From assembly GCA_947630215.1 (NCBI GenBank), contig CANRGX010000005.1:11201-75200 (forward strand): a stretch of 64,000 bases of DNA. Direction: 5' to 3'. A model generated the notes under the pieces. It had not been told where the DNA came from. It saw only the letters and a list, made by a program, of their open reading frames with translations, and did no database searches. The position numbers and the translations under genes were made by a program. This document shows positions 1 to 9,902 of the stretch, in pieces; positions within the stretch are counted from its first letter, which is position 1; every line of letters starts with the position of its first letter. The stretch is from an uncultured Eisenbergiella sp. Lineage in GTDB: Bacteria > Bacillota > Clostridia > Lachnospirales > Lachnospiraceae.

Positions 1-4
1 GACA

Positions 5-535
5 ATGAAAAAAATGCTGCGCTATTTGCTCAAGCCGCTTTCCTTTCTGCCTGCCCTGGGCATGATGTACCTTATTTTTCAGCTCTCCTCACAGCCTGGG
101 GAGCAGTCCGGACAGTTCAGCCTTCTGGTCAGCGGTAAGCTGATTTCGGCGGCCAACCGCGCCCTGGATCTGGATCTGAACGCGGCGCAGATAGCGTTTT
201 ATACAAATGACATTCACTTCTATGTCCGCAAGCTGGCCCATGTGACGGAATATTTCCTGCTGGCCGTTTCCGTGTCCCTCCCGCTGTATGTCTACCGGCT
301 GCGGGGATTTTGGCTGGTGCTTTTTGCCGGCGCGTTCTGCGTCGGATTCGCGGCGCTGGACGAATATCACCAGTCTTTTGTCGCGGGCCGGTGTGCTTCC
401 CCTCGCGACGTGGGAATTGACAGCATCGGCATTTTTACAGGGATTTACGTTACCCGCATTGCAGGCTTTATCGGCCGCAGGACGATCTTCGCGCCCTTGT
501 CCCTGTCCCGGCGCCGTCCAAAAAGTTCAAAATAG
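5..535 (+). CDS. VanZ family membrane protein
   Basis: Motifs 'SFLPALGMMYLIFQLSSQPG', 'RKLAHVTEYFLL' and 'DEYHQSFVAGR...DVGID' are typical of VanZ/RDD-like proteins; several hydrophobic segments. Confidence 0.85.
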   Translation: MKKMLRYLLKPLSFLPALGMMYLIFQLSSQPGEQSGQFSLLVSGKLISAANRALDLDLNAAQIAFYTNDIHFYVRKLAHVTEYFLLAVSVSLPLYVYRLRGFWLVLFAGAFCVGFAALDEYHQSFVAGRCASPRDVGIDSIGIFTGIYVTRIAGFIGRRTIFAPLSLSRRRPKSSK

Positions 536-538
536 ATC

Positions 539-568
539 TTGAAATGGGGAAAAGAGGTGTGCTATAAT
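539..568 (+). promoter_or_regulatory. sigma70-type promoter for tRNA-Trp
   Basis: TTGAAA (539-544), 18-bp spacer, TGC-TATAAT (563-568, extended -10), about 32 nt upstream of the tRNA. Confidence 0.65.
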
Positions 569-600
569 ACATTGCGGCGGTTCTGAGCGGAGCGCCATAC

Positions 601-671
601 AGGGGCATAGTTCAAAGGTAGAACAGCGGTCTCCAAAACCGTCGATGTGGGTTCGATTCCTACTGCCCCTG
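601..671 (+). tRNA. tRNA-Trp (CCA)
   Basis: Acceptor stem AGGGGCA/TGCCCCT, D arm TAGTTCAAAGGTAGAAC, anticodon loop CT-CCA-AA, T loop GTTCGATTC. The 3' CCA is not encoded. Confidence 0.95.
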
Positions 672-708
672 TTTTTTTATTTTCTCAAAAAAGAAGGGAG
701 ATGTCTTC

Positions 709-1398
709 ATGAAAAAAATTTTGCTGTCCACAGTGATTTCCGTGTGTCTCGCTTTCATTTTCCTTCCGCAGTCCGCGTATGCCGCCGGATTTGTGCAGGA
801 TACGGCGGGTGTAAAATATCAGAACGACGACGGCTCTTTCCTTAAAGATTCCTGGGTTCAGGTGGGACAGAGCATCTATCATCTGGATAAAAACGGTCTC
901 GTGCAGACCGGATGGATTCAGGTAGGCAGCCTCTGGTATCTGATGGATCAGACCGGCGCCTGCACCAATCCTACTGGAACGGCGACGGCGCCCGCCGGAC
1001 AGGCTCTGGGTTCCACTACAGCCGCTGCTTTAGGCAATCCCTTTGCCGATGCGGGATGGATCGCACTGGACACCACGGATCAGACCGCGCTGGCTGACGG
1101 CATTGCCGCCGGTCTTGTAGGCTTTGACGGCGCGCAGTACTGGGCAGAACCCACCTATGCCGCTGCCCTGGCCGCCTCCGGCATCGCTGCGGCCGGAAGT
1201 GTGGCACAGACCGGTTCCGCTCTCCAGACTCCGGCGGCAAGCACTCCTGCGGCTGCATCAGATGTCTGGCTGCCCGCCACAGGTAAGAAATATCACCGCA
1301 TCAACAACTGCGGCAAAATGAATCCCAAAAAAGCAACAAAAGTTTCCCTGCAGGAGGCAAAGGATCGAGGCTACACCGCCTGCAGCAAATGCTTCTAA
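709..1398 (+). CDS. Secreted protein with cell-wall-binding repeats and a C-terminal His/Cys (Ada-like) metal-binding motif
   Basis: Signal peptide ending AYA; repeats 'WVQVGQSIYHLDKNG' and 'WIQVGSLWYLMDQTG'; C-terminus 'TGKKYH..NC...EAKDRGYTACSKC'; RBS AAGGGAG. Confidence 0.75.
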   Translation: MKKILLSTVISVCLAFIFLPQSAYAAGFVQDTAGVKYQNDDGSFLKDSWVQVGQSIYHLDKNGLVQTGWIQVGSLWYLMDQTGACTNPTGTATAPAGQALGSTTAAALGNPFADAGWIALDTTDQTALADGIAAGLVGFDGAQYWAEPTYAAALAASGIAAAGSVAQTGSALQTPAASTPAAASDVWLPATGKKYHRINNCGKMNPKKATKVSLQEAKDRGYTACSKCF

Positions 1399-1428
1399 AA
1401 ACAGAAAAACCAATATTTCCCAGAATTT

Positions 1429-1473
1429 AAAAACAGCCATAGCCGGAAAAAACCGGATATGGCTGTTTTTTTT
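1429..1473. terminator. Bidirectional intrinsic terminator
   Basis: AAAAACAGCCAT...ATGGCTGTTTTT inverted repeat with an inner CCGG/CCGG stem, lying between convergent genes. Confidence 0.8.
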
Positions 1474-1529
1474 GTTTTCCCGCCTGTCGGGCGGATCCGT
1501 CTGAAAAACCGTTACAGCTTGAAAATCCG

Positions 1530-2171
1530 TTACAGCTTGGAATACCCGTACCCGTTTACCATGGCGTCCAGCCGCTGGCGGTTCTTGCAGAACGGGCAGG
1601 CATAGGCTTCATAGGCCTGATAGCCGGGCACATCCTCCGTGGTGAAAATGCACTCCACCCTGTGACCGTTGATACTGCTGATCGCGCTGAACACGGAACA
1701 GATCTGCTGCACATGGCCGCCGTAATAATCGATGCACTCCATGCTGCGGCTGATGGTCAGACCCGTGGTGGAGGTGGCCAGCAGCAAAAGCACATTTTTG
1801 CCCCGGATGGCATGTACCAGATTATCCCGGAAGATCATCTGATTGTTGATATTAAATTCCGGGGTCACCACATATACGGTCTGGTGCGCGTTGTGGATGG
1901 GGAAGTTCCCCCTTTCCAGCTCCTCCGCCAGATAGGCGCCGATGACCTCGCTGCCGTCCATGCAGACGATGGTGTCGATGGCCGTTTCAATGGGAAAACG
2001 CTGCACAAACTCCCTGGCCACGGCACGGGCCTCGCTGCTTCTGGTCTTTAAGCCGGTCATATCCACATAGTAGTTGATATGGGAATGGCTGGTGGCAAAA
2101 TGTCCCGGTATGGCGCGCAGGACAATATTGTTCCCCGACTTTGAGTAAAATTTCATGGCTTTGTCTTCCAT
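1530..2171 (-). CDS. Phosphoribosyltransferase (orotate PRTase-like)
   Basis: 'GHFATSHSHINYYVD' plus a PRPP-loop-like 'NVLLLLATSTTG'. Start set at MEDKAM (2171) after RBS AAGGGGG; own promoter TTGCAA-17-TATACT at 2222-2194. Confidence 0.7.
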   Translation of the reverse strand: MEDKAMKFYSKSGNNIVLRAIPGHFATSHSHINYYVDMTGLKTRSSEARAVAREFVQRFPIETAIDTIVCMDGSEVIGAYLAEELERGNFPIHNAHQTVYVVTPEFNINNQMIFRDNLVHAIRGKNVLLLLATSTTGLTISRSMECIDYYGGHVQQICSVFSAISSINGHRVECIFTTEDVPGYQAYEAYACPFCKNRQRLDAMVNGYGYSKL

Positions 2172-2228
2172 GCTGTAACCCCCTTTTTCTTTCAGTATAC
2201 CTGTTATAGCGGGATCTTGCAAGCAAAT

Positions 2229-4448
2229 TCAGCAGAATCCCTCTCTGCCCTCCATGAAATACCGGACCAGATCCGCCATGGCCGACGTGTCCTTTACGCC
2301 GCCGGTCTCAAAGGCCGAGTGCATGGCAAGCTGAGCCAGACCGATATCCGCCGTGGAGATCGACACATGCGCCGTGGAAATGTTGCCCAGCGTGGAACCG
2401 CCGGCAATGTCCGACCGGTTCGCAAAATCCTGCAGGGCAATGCCGTGTTGGCGGCAGATACTGCGCACCAGCGCGGCGGAACAGGCGTCCGTGGCATAGC
2501 GCTGGCTGCCCTGGAACTTGAGCACCACCCCGCCGTTTAAATACGGGCGGCAGCCGGCGTCGCTCTTCCCGGGATAGTTGGGATGCACCGCGTGGCCGTT
2601 ATCCGCCGACAAAAGGAAGCTGCTTTGCAAAAACTCCCTTTTTTCCCGCGCGCGATCTATGCCCAGTTCCTCCATCACAATATCCAGCACTTCCGAAAGC
2701 AGCGTGGAATCCGCTCCCTGCCGGGTGCTGCTCCCTACCTCCTCGTTGTCAAACAGCGCGTAAACCGTCACATACGAATCCGGCGTGCCGTCCAAAAATC
2801 CCTTCAGGGTGGAGAACACGCACTGCAGATCGTCCAGACGCGGCGCGCCGATAAAGGCATTGTCCGCCCCCAGGATCCGCCCCTTGTCCCGGTTATACAC
2901 ATACAGATCGCTTCCCAGTATCTCCTCCTGGGGGATCCCCAGATTTCCTGCGCACAGCTCCCGCAGGGTCAGCTCCTGGTTCTGGCAGAACAGGGGCGGC
3001 AAATCCTCCTGCGGATTGAGCACCTGCCCGTCGTTGACCTTGCGGTTAAAGTGAATGGCAAGGCTGGGGATCACCAGCATATCCTTCCGGAAATCCACCA
3101 GCTTCTGCACGATATTCCCACTGTCCGGATCCCGGAACACCACTCTGCCCGCCACGCCAAGGGGCCGATCAAACCAGGTGCTTAAAATCGTGCCGCCGTA
3201 CGTTTCGGTGTTGAGCTTTACATAGCGGTTTTCCAGCCGGATTTCCGGCTGCTCCTTGATCTTAAAGCAGGGGGAATCGCTGTGGCTGGCCACAATGCGG
3301 AAACCGGACGCCTTTCCCTTCGGAAGACGCACCGCCACCACAGAGGATCCGTTCTGCATGGTATAATAGGATCGGCCCGGCACAAGCCCTTCTTTTCCGA
3401 TCTGTTCCATCCGTTCAAAGCCCACCTCCCGCAGCAGCTTTTCCACATTGGCGGCGGCGTGAAAAGCGGTGGGACTTTCATCAATAAAATGCAGCATTTC
3501 CCTGGTCAGTTCCAGCGGATCGGACTTTTCCCGCATCTCCTCCGCATAACTGCCGGGCCGGATTTCCGTCACCAGCCCCTTTTCCATGAGAAACGCGGGG
3601 TGATAGGAGAGCTTGGCCTGCCGCAGCCCTTCTGCCCCGGCATCGTCTTCCCGGTTTACATAAGTATATCCTTCCATGGCGTGTTCCACAAACTGCTGGT
3701 TGATCATGGAATAGGCCCCGTCCACATCGGCCAGCGCCTTTTCAAAATGTACCACGAACATATCCTTTCCACATGGTTCTCCCAGTGCAAAGGCCACCAC
3801 CCGTCCGCCGGCGCGCAGAAGACCGCCGGTCAGATGCAGCGCCTGCATTTCCCGCAGGCCATGGATGGTCACGGCGATTTCTTCTTCCTTTTCGCCGCCT
3901 TCCCGGTGATCGTTGTACGCCCACCATTCCCGCGCCATCTCCAGACATTCTTCCACATTTTCGGGCGTGATGGGCTCATAACTCCAGTCCGGATATTCCT
4001 TTTGAAATTTGTTGCAATGGTTCTTTTTGCCGTGCAGTTCCTTCCCGGACAGATGCAACAGCTTTTCCCGCTCGTACACATAGTCCGCGTTATCCCTGTC
4101 ATAATCGATCCGAAAGCGTCCGGGATACAGCGCCTCCAGCCGTTGAAACTGCTCCGGGCTCACCAGGTGCATCTGAAACGGCCGTCCCACCCGCGCAAAC
4201 CATGCGGACAGCTCGTCCACGGTTTTTCTCAGATTGACCGCCCCCTGGGGAAAGCTGACAGACATTCCGCCCTCGCCGGATTCAAACACCAGGCTCCCTT
4301 CCACGATGCTCCAGAAAATAGGGTAATACGGCTTCCACAGATAGTTATTGCCAAAGGTGAACTCACAGTTGCGGACCGGCTCCTTCTCATAATAACTTTC
4401 GATCAGCTCCCGATCCCCCAGTTCCAGTTCCTTCCACAGCAGTCTCAT
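2229..4448 (-). CDS. Fusion: DUF2156 (aminoacyl-transferase/LPG-synthase-C-like) domain plus M18 aspartyl aminopeptidase
   Basis: N-terminal ~295 aa carry 'CEFTFGNNYLW', 'DYVY..EKL..LSGK..HGKKNH.NKF', 'HFEKA' and 'YVNREDDAG.EGLRQAKLSYHP'. C-terminal ~430 aa carry M18 motifs 'SPTAFHA', 'SHSDSP', 'RLDD', 'DNEEVGS', 'AVHPNY' and 'AMHS'. Confidence 0.8.
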   Translation of the reverse strand: MRLLWKELELGDRELIESYYEKEPVRNCEFTFGNNYLWKPYYPIFWSIVEGSLVFESGEGGMSVSFPQGAVNLRKTVDELSAWFARVGRPFQMHLVSPEQFQRLEALYPGRFRIDYDRDNADYVYEREKLLHLSGKELHGKKNHCNKFQKEYPDWSYEPITPENVEECLEMAREWWAYNDHREGGEKEEEIAVTIHGLREMQALHLTGGLLRAGGRVVAFALGEPCGKDMFVVHFEKALADVDGAYSMINQQFVEHAMEGYTYVNREDDAGAEGLRQAKLSYHPAFLMEKGLVTEIRPGSYAEEMREKSDPLELTREMLHFIDESPTAFHAAANVEKLLREVGFERMEQIGKEGLVPGRSYYTMQNGSSVVAVRLPKGKASGFRIVASHSDSPCFKIKEQPEIRLENRYVKLNTETYGGTILSTWFDRPLGVAGRVVFRDPDSGNIVQKLVDFRKDMLVIPSLAIHFNRKVNDGQVLNPQEDLPPLFCQNQELTLRELCAGNLGIPQEEILGSDLYVYNRDKGRILGADNAFIGAPRLDDLQCVFSTLKGFLDGTPDSYVTVYALFDNEEVGSSTRQGADSTLLSEVLDIVMEELGIDRAREKREFLQSSFLLSADNGHAVHPNYPGKSDAGCRPYLNGGVVLKFQGSQRYATDACSAALVRSICRQHGIALQDFANRSDIAGGSTLGNISTAHVSISTADIGLAQLAMHSAFETGGVKDTSAMADLVRYFMEGREGFC

Positions 4449-4491
4449 TTTTCTTTTCCTTCCGTTTTCTCCGGTTTTCTTTCGACAGCCC

Positions 4492-5577
4492 TTACACGGC
4501 CGGATTCATCCGCGCCAGCTTCGCCGCCTGATCCGCGGCGATGAGATTGTCCACCAGTTCCTGAATATCCCCGTCCATAATGGCGTCGATCTTATAGAGC
4601 GTCAGCTTGATGCGGTGGTCGGTCACCCGCCCCTGGGGGAAATTGTAGGTCCGGATTTTCTCCGAACGGTCCCCGGTTCCCACCTGGCTGCGTCTCAGCT
4701 GGGCTTCCTCGTCGTGACGCTTCTGCTGTTCCAGATCGTAGAGCTTGGCCCGCAGCACCTTCAGCGCCTTGTCCTTGTTCTTAAGCTGGCTCTTTTCATC
4801 CTGACAGGAGATCACGATTCCCGTGGGAATATGGGTCAGGCGGACGGCGGAGTCAGTGGTATTGACGCACTGGCCCCCGTTTCCGGACGCCCGAAATACG
4901 TCAAACCGGCAGTCGTTCATGTCGATCTGCACGTCAAAATCCTCCACCTCCGGCATAATCGCCACGGTGATGGTAGACGTATGGATACGGCCGCCGCTCT
5001 CCGTCTCCGGCACGCGCTGGACCCGGTGCACACCGCTTTCGTACTTCAGACGGGAATAGGCCCCCTGACCGGAAATCAGAAAGCTGACATATTTCATGCC
5101 GCCGATGCCGATTTCCTCTGCGTCCATGGTCTCCACGCGCCAGTGCTGGCGCTCCGCATAGCGGACGTAGAGACGGTAAATCTGCGCGGCGAAAAGCGCG
5201 GCTTCGTCCCCGCCCGCGCCGGCGCGGATCTCCACGATCACGTTCTTATCGTCGTTGGGATCCTTGGGCAGCAAAAGCACCTTCAGCTGTTTCTCCAGGG
5301 CGTCGATCTGCTCCCGCGCGCTGCTCAGTTCTTCCTTGAGCATCTCGCGCATTTCCCCATCCTTTTCCGTCTCCAGCATAGCGGTGCCGTCTTCGATATC
5401 CTGCTCGCATTTTTTATAGGCACGATAGGCCTCCACAATGGGAGCCAGATCGCTCTGCTCCTTCATGAGCGCGCGAAACCGGGCCTGATCGGCCGTCACC
5501 GAAGGCCCGTTGAGCTCCCCCATCACTTCTTCATAACGGATCAGCAGATCCTCCAGCTTATCAAACATACTCCTCAT
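4492..5577 (-). CDS. prfA: Peptide chain release factor 1
   Basis: GGQ motif ([15 protein letters not shown]), PxT anticodon motif (RVPETES); adjacent to prmC. Confidence 0.97.
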   Translation of the reverse strand: MRSMFDKLEDLLIRYEEVMGELNGPSVTADQARFRALMKEQSDLAPIVEAYRAYKKCEQDIEDGTAMLETEKDGEMREMLKEELSSAREQIDALEKQLKVLLLPKDPNDDKNVIVEIRAGAGGDEAALFAAQIYRLYVRYAERQHWRVETMDAEEIGIGGMKYVSFLISGQGAYSRLKYESGVHRVQRVPETESGGRIHTSTITVAIMPEVEDFDVQIDMNDCRFDVFRASGNGGQCVNTTDSAVRLTHIPTGIVISCQDEKSQLKNKDKALKVLRAKLYDLEQQKRHDEEAQLRRSQVGTGDRSEKIRTYNFPQGRVTDHRIKLTLYKIDAIMDGDIQELVDNLIAADQAAKLARMNPAV

Positions 5578-5597
5578 CCTCCGGGCCGCCCGGCTTC

Positions 5598-6428
5598 TCA
5601 GTATTCTCCGTACACCACACGATCCAGGCCCGCATAATCCGGGACCGCCGTCACGTTCCGAAATCCTGCTTCCCGCAGCAGCGCCGTAACCGCCTCCCTC
5701 TGATCGTATCCGATTTCCAAAAAAAGCTGCCCGCCTCCGCAGAGGTGCCGCCTGCTCTCCTTCACAATGCGCCGGTAGAAGGAAAGCCCGTCGCTTCCTC
5801 CGTCCAGCGCCATCAGCGGTTCGTGCAGCCGCACTTCCTCCATCAGCGTCCCGATCACATCGGATCGGATGTAGGGAGGATTGGAAACGATGATCTCAAA
5901 CTGCCCTTCCACCTTTTCAAACAGGTCGCTCTGAAGAAATGCAGCGTTTGGCTCCTGCAGGACCAGCGCATTTTGTCTGGCCACATCCAGCGCTTTGGCG
6001 GACAGGTCGGTTCCCACGCCGGTACAGCCGTTGGAATAGTGCAGCAGACTCAATAAAATGCAGCCCGATCCCGTACACAGATCCAGAATCCGAAACCCGT
6101 CGTGCAGATTTTTTAAGACCTCCTCCGTCAGGATCTCCGTATCCTGACGCGGGATCAGCACGTCCGGGGTCACCAGAAAGGAGAGCCCCATAAACGACTG
6201 CTCCCCGGTCAGATACTGCAAAGGCCGATGCGCCCCCCGCGCCTGAATCAAAGACAGATAGCGCGCCGTCTGTTCCTGGGAAACAGGACGTTCTCCATGG
6301 GCAAGCAAATCGTTCCTTCCGGTATGACAGACAAATTCCAGCAGCAGCCTGGCGTCCAGATCCGCTTCCCGGATCCCTTTCCGCGCCAGAGTCCGCTTTC
6401 CTGTGTCGTACAGTTCCCGATAGGTCAT
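5598..6428 (-). CDS. prmC: Release factor glutamine methyltransferase
   Basis: 'VLIPRQDTE', SAM motif 'LDLCTGSGC', NPPY motif. Confidence 0.95.
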   Translation of the reverse strand: MTYRELYDTGKRTLARKGIREADLDARLLLEFVCHTGRNDLLAHGERPVSQEQTARYLSLIQARGAHRPLQYLTGEQSFMGLSFLVTPDVLIPRQDTEILTEEVLKNLHDGFRILDLCTGSGCILLSLLHYSNGCTGVGTDLSAKALDVARQNALVLQEPNAAFLQSDLFEKVEGQFEIIVSNPPYIRSDVIGTLMEEVRLHEPLMALDGGSDGLSFYRRIVKESRRHLCGGGQLFLEIGYDQREAVTALLREAGFRNVTAVPDYAGLDRVVYGEY

Positions 6429-7435
6429 GACGGTTCGCCGCCTTCTGCAGGTGCCGCGCCGGATTCCTGTTCTTCCCAGGCATCTATATCATATCCAAAT
6501 GTTTCCTTCAAATACGCTTTCCAGTCAAAAACCGCTTCCACGGACGCAATGGCCACTTCGATCATGGCGTCGTCCGGCTCTTTCGTGGTCAGTTTCTGCA
6601 GCAGCATACCGGGCGCGGAAAGAAGCCGCACGAGAAAGGCGTCGCTTCTGCCCGCCAGCCGGATGAACTCATAGGAAATGCCCGCAATGACAGGAATGAG
6701 CAAAATCCGTACCACCAGCCGCAGCAGCGGATTGGAAAGGCGGATAAACAAAAACAGTATCACGCTGACCAGCATGACGAACAAAAGGAAGCTGGTGCCG
6801 CAGCGCCGGTGCAGCCGGGAGCTTCTGCGCACATTTTTCACCGTCAGTTCCCTTCCCCGTTCAATGCAGTTGATACACTTATGCTCCGCGCCGTGGTACA
6901 TATACACTCTGCGGATATCCTTCATGGCCGAAATGGCCGCCACATACCCCACGAAAATCGCAATGCGCAAAAGTCCCTCCAGAATCGCCAGAAGGGAGGC
7001 GTTGCGTACATAAGAGGCAAACAGCGTACTGATAAAATAGGGCAGCACCACAAAGATCGCCACCGCCAGCAGCAGCGAAAAAGCCACTGTGGCGCCCGTC
7101 GCGAACTTCTCCCGCGCGCCGGAGGCTCCTGCAATCTTTTTCTCCTTCCCCTTCCGGTTGTCCTCCTCCTCATAAAAATCCGCAGACCAGGTCAGGGTGC
7201 GCATTCCCAGCACCAGAGAATCCACAAAATTGAACACGCCGCGCACAAACGGAATCCGGGAAACGGCATGACTGCCCCAGATACCGGTATAGTCCTCCGT
7301 TTTCACCTCGATCTGCCCGTCGGGCCTTCTGACGGCCACCGCGTAGCGATCCTGATTTTTCATCATCACGCCTTCCAGCACCGCCTGCCCGCCAATACCG
7401 CAGTACGCCCTCTTTTTTCTTTTCTTTTTTGCCAT
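6425..7435 (-). CDS. DUF1385 domain membrane protein
   Basis: 'IGGQAVLEGVMM', 'YHGAEHK', 'HRRCGTSF', 'TTKEPDD'; usual position between rpmE and prmC. Confidence 0.85.
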   Translation of the reverse strand: MAKKKRKKRAYCGIGGQAVLEGVMMKNQDRYAVAVRRPDGQIEVKTEDYTGIWGSHAVSRIPFVRGVFNFVDSLVLGMRTLTWSADFYEEEDNRKGKEKKIAGASGAREKFATGATVAFSLLLAVAIFVVLPYFISTLFASYVRNASLLAILEGLLRIAIFVGYVAAISAMKDIRRVYMYHGAEHKCINCIERGRELTVKNVRRSSRLHRRCGTSFLLFVMLVSVILFLFIRLSNPLLRLVVRILLIPVIAGISYEFIRLAGRSDAFLVRLLSAPGMLLQKLTTKEPDDAMIEVAIASVEAVFDWKAYLKETFGYDIDAWEEQESGAAPAEGGEPS

Positions 7436-7451
7436 GGAAAACCTCTTTATA

Positions 7452-7491
7452 AAAAGCAAGGTTGAGATTCTCGTGAAACCTCAACCTTGCG
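7452..7491 (-). terminator. Intrinsic terminator after rpmE
   Basis: Minus strand GCAAGGTTGAG...CTCAACCTTGC followed by TTTTT. Confidence 0.7.
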
Positions 7492-7496
7492 CCTTC

Positions 7497-7700
7497 TCAA
7501 TTTCCTACGCCGTACTTCCTGTTGAACTTATCAATACGTCCGCGCGCCTGGGCCGCTTTCTGCTGGCCGGTGTAAAATGAATGGCACTTGGAACACACTT
7601 CCACGTGAATCTCCGGCTTGGTCGATCCGGTCACGAAGGTATTCCCGCAGTTGCACGTAACGGTCGCCTGATAGTACTCAGGATGGATTCCCTCTTTCAT
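7497..7700 (-). CDS. rpmE: 50S ribosomal protein L31 (Zn-binding type)
   Basis: 'MKEGIHPEY', CNC...CSKCH zinc ligands, '[11 protein letters not shown]'. Confidence 0.95.
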   Translation of the reverse strand: MKEGIHPEYYQATVTCNCGNTFVTGSTKPEIHVEVCSKCHSFYTGQQKAAQARGRIDKFNRKYGVGN

Positions 7701-7797
7701 GTCCTTTCACCTCATTCTATATCATTTTCAGTTGCTTGTTCCCATCCGTTTGCCCCAGAGGGCATATGTTCACAGGACACCTGTAAACAGCTTTCTC

Positions 7798-7826
7798 ATT
7801 GTAACACAGCTTTTTTTTTGATGCAA
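7798..7826 (-). promoter_or_regulatory. sigma70-type promoter for rpmE
   Basis: Minus strand TTGCAT, 17 bp, TGT-TACAAT (extended -10). Confidence 0.65.
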
Positions 7827-7856
7827 GGGGTTTTCTGAAATAAACCCGCCCTTTTC

Positions 7857-9638
7857 TCAAATAAACCGCATTTTCTTTACGGACTGGACAAACTCCGCGT
7901 TGTTTCTGGTTTTGGCAAACAGATCCAGCACCCGGTCCGCGGCCTCGTCGGATTTCATCACGTTGAGCGCCCGCCGGACAATGTTGATGGCTTCCATTTC
8001 CTCATGCGTCAGCAGCAGATCCTCCCTGCGCGTGCTGGTCTTGGGAATGTCGATGGCGGGAAATACCCTGCGCTCGGACAGCTTGCGATCCAGCACCAGC
8101 TCCATGTTGCCGGTGCCCTTAAATTCCTCGTAGATCACATCGTCCATCTTGGACCCCGTATCCACCAGCGCCGTGGCCAGAATGGTCAGACTTCCGCCCT
8201 CGCGCATATTGCGGGCCGCGCCGAAGAACCGTTTGGGCATATGCAGGGCCGCCGGGTCGATGCCGCCCGACAGCGTGCGGCCACTGGGCTGTACCACCAG
8301 GTTGTAGGCCCGGGCCAGCCGGGTAATGCTGTCCAACAGAATCATGACGTCCTGTTTATGTTCCACCAGACGCCGGGCGCGCTCCACCACCATTTCCGCC
8401 ACCCGCTTATGGTGATCCGGCAGCTCGTCAAAGGTGGAATAGATCACCTCCACGTTGGGGCCCTCTACCGTCTCGCGCATATCGGTGACTTCCTCCGGCC
8501 GTTCGTCGATCAGAAGAATGATCAGGTGCATATCCGGATAATTGTGTTTCACGCTCATCGCCACTTCTTTTAATAAGGTAGTTTTTCCGGCTTTGGGCGG
8601 GGAAACGATCATGCCCCTCTGTCCTTTTCCGATGGGGCTGAGCAAATCCATAATGCGCATGGCCACAGAAGAACCGTATTTTTCCAGCTTCAGCCTGCTG
8701 TCCGGGAAAATAGGGGTCATGTCCTCAAAATTGAGTCTGCGGCAGGCCACCTCCGGCGCGTAGCCGTTGATGCTTTTTACGTACAGCAGCGCAGAAAATT
8801 TCTCGTTCTGCGTGCGAATGCGGGTATTGCCCTCCAGAATATCCCCGGTCTTTAAGCCGAACCGGCGGATCTGGCTGGGCGCCACATAAATATCGTTCTC
8901 CCCGGGCAGATAATTGGCCGAACGGATAAAACCGTAGCCGTCCGCCATGACTTCTAAAATCCCGCTGACCGTAATGCCGCTGTCCAGTTCCACCGGGAAC
9001 TTGTCCTCCTCCTCGTTGGCAGAGGGGGCCGTTCCTTTATTGTACGGACTGTAATAGCGCGGCTCCTGGCTGCGGGACATCACGGCCTTCCCGCCCTCCG
9101 GATTCTGGGAAGCCTGGTGCGAGCCGGAATAGGCTGCGGCCTGCTCCCGCACGGACGGATCCTGCGCTGTCTGTTCCTTTCCTCCTGCGCTCTGCGCCGG
9201 CCGTTCCCGCACGTTTTCCCGGACGCGCTCTCTCTGCCTGGTGTGGTTTGGCCCCTGCTGCCTTGCCGCCTCCCGGGGCTTTCCGACACGTCCCCTTGCG
9301 TCCTGGGACTTACCCTCCGGCCTGTCCGCGTCCGGGGCCTTTTTCCCGGCCTGCGTCTCTTTTTCAGCCTGCGTCTCTTTTTCGGCCTGTGTCTCTTTTT
9401 CGGCCTGTGTCTCTTTCTCAACTCTTGTCTCTTTTTCGGCCCGCGTCTCTTTTTCCGTCCCTGCCTTGGGCCCTTCTTCCAGTTTCCGGGCCCCTTCCGC
9501 CGCATCCAGAGCAAGCATTGCCTCCACCACGTCCGCTTTTTTCATGGAAGAAACGCCTTTAATGCCCCGTGCCTTCGCGATTTCTTTCAGATCATGAACC
9601 GCCAGGGATTCATATCTGGCCCTCATCACTTTCAACAT
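7857..9638 (-). CDS. rho: Transcription termination factor Rho with a long low-complexity N-terminal insertion
   Basis: '[14 protein letters not shown]', P-loop 'PPKAGKT', 'LIDERPEEV', '[12 protein letters not shown]', 'KGTGNME'. Start moved to MLKV (9638) after AAGGAG. Confidence 0.95.
   Translation of the reverse strand: MLKVMRARYESLAVHDLKEIAKARGIKGVSSMKKADVVEAMLALDAAEGARKLEEGPKAGTEKETRAEKETRVEKETQAEKETQAEKETQAEKETQAGKKAPDADRPEGKSQDARGRVGKPREAARQQGPNHTRQRERVRENVRERPAQSAGGKEQTAQDPSVREQAAAYSGSHQASQNPEGGKAVMSRSQEPRYYSPYNKGTAPSANEEEDKFPVELDSGITVSGILEVMADGYGFIRSANYLPGENDIYVAPSQIRRFGLKTGDILEGNTRIRTQNEKFSALLYVKSINGYAPEVACRRLNFEDMTPIFPDSRLKLEKYGSSVAMRIMDLLSPIGKGQRGMIVSPPKAGKTTLLKEVAMSVKHNYPDMHLIILLIDERPEEVTDMRETVEGPNVEVIYSTFDELPDHHKRVAEMVVERARRLVEHKQDVMILLDSITRLARAYNLVVQPSGRTLSGGIDPAALHMPKRFFGAARNMREGGSLTILATALVDTGSKMDDVIYEEFKGTGNMELVLDRKLSERRVFPAIDIPKTSTRREDLLLTHEEMEAINIVRRALNVMKSDEAADRVLDLFAKTRNNAEFVQSVKKMRFI
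9348..9455 (-). repeat. 18-bp tandem repeat x6 encoding EKET(Q/R)(A/V) in Rho
   Basis: Translated [36 protein letters not shown]; 108 bp. Confidence 0.9.
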
Positions 9639-9902
9639 ACTTTCCTGCTCCTTTTCACTTGTTTTCCCTGGTATTTTCCTGAACACTAGAGGAATTGCAA
9701 TGTCTGATTTGCGATAGAACATACCGATTCTGGAAATTTTCCTTTATATGTAGCTGTATCATATCACACATTTTAAAAAATAGAAAGAGGTTTTTTAATT
9801 TATCTTGATCCGGCGGGTCAAATATTATATGATGTAAAAGTATCCCGCGCCTGCGGGCGGATTTTTGAATTACACACGGAAAGAAAGCAGGTATGAAAAA
9901 CT

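Noticed and set aside
601-1400. Prophage or island integration at tRNA-Trp
   Set aside because: No integrase and no duplicated tRNA 3' end (att site) were seen in the window.
7705-7795. Possible L31 ribosomal leader RNA upstream of rpmE
   Set aside because: A small hairpin is present but I cannot match it to the Rfam model by eye; it needs cmsearch.
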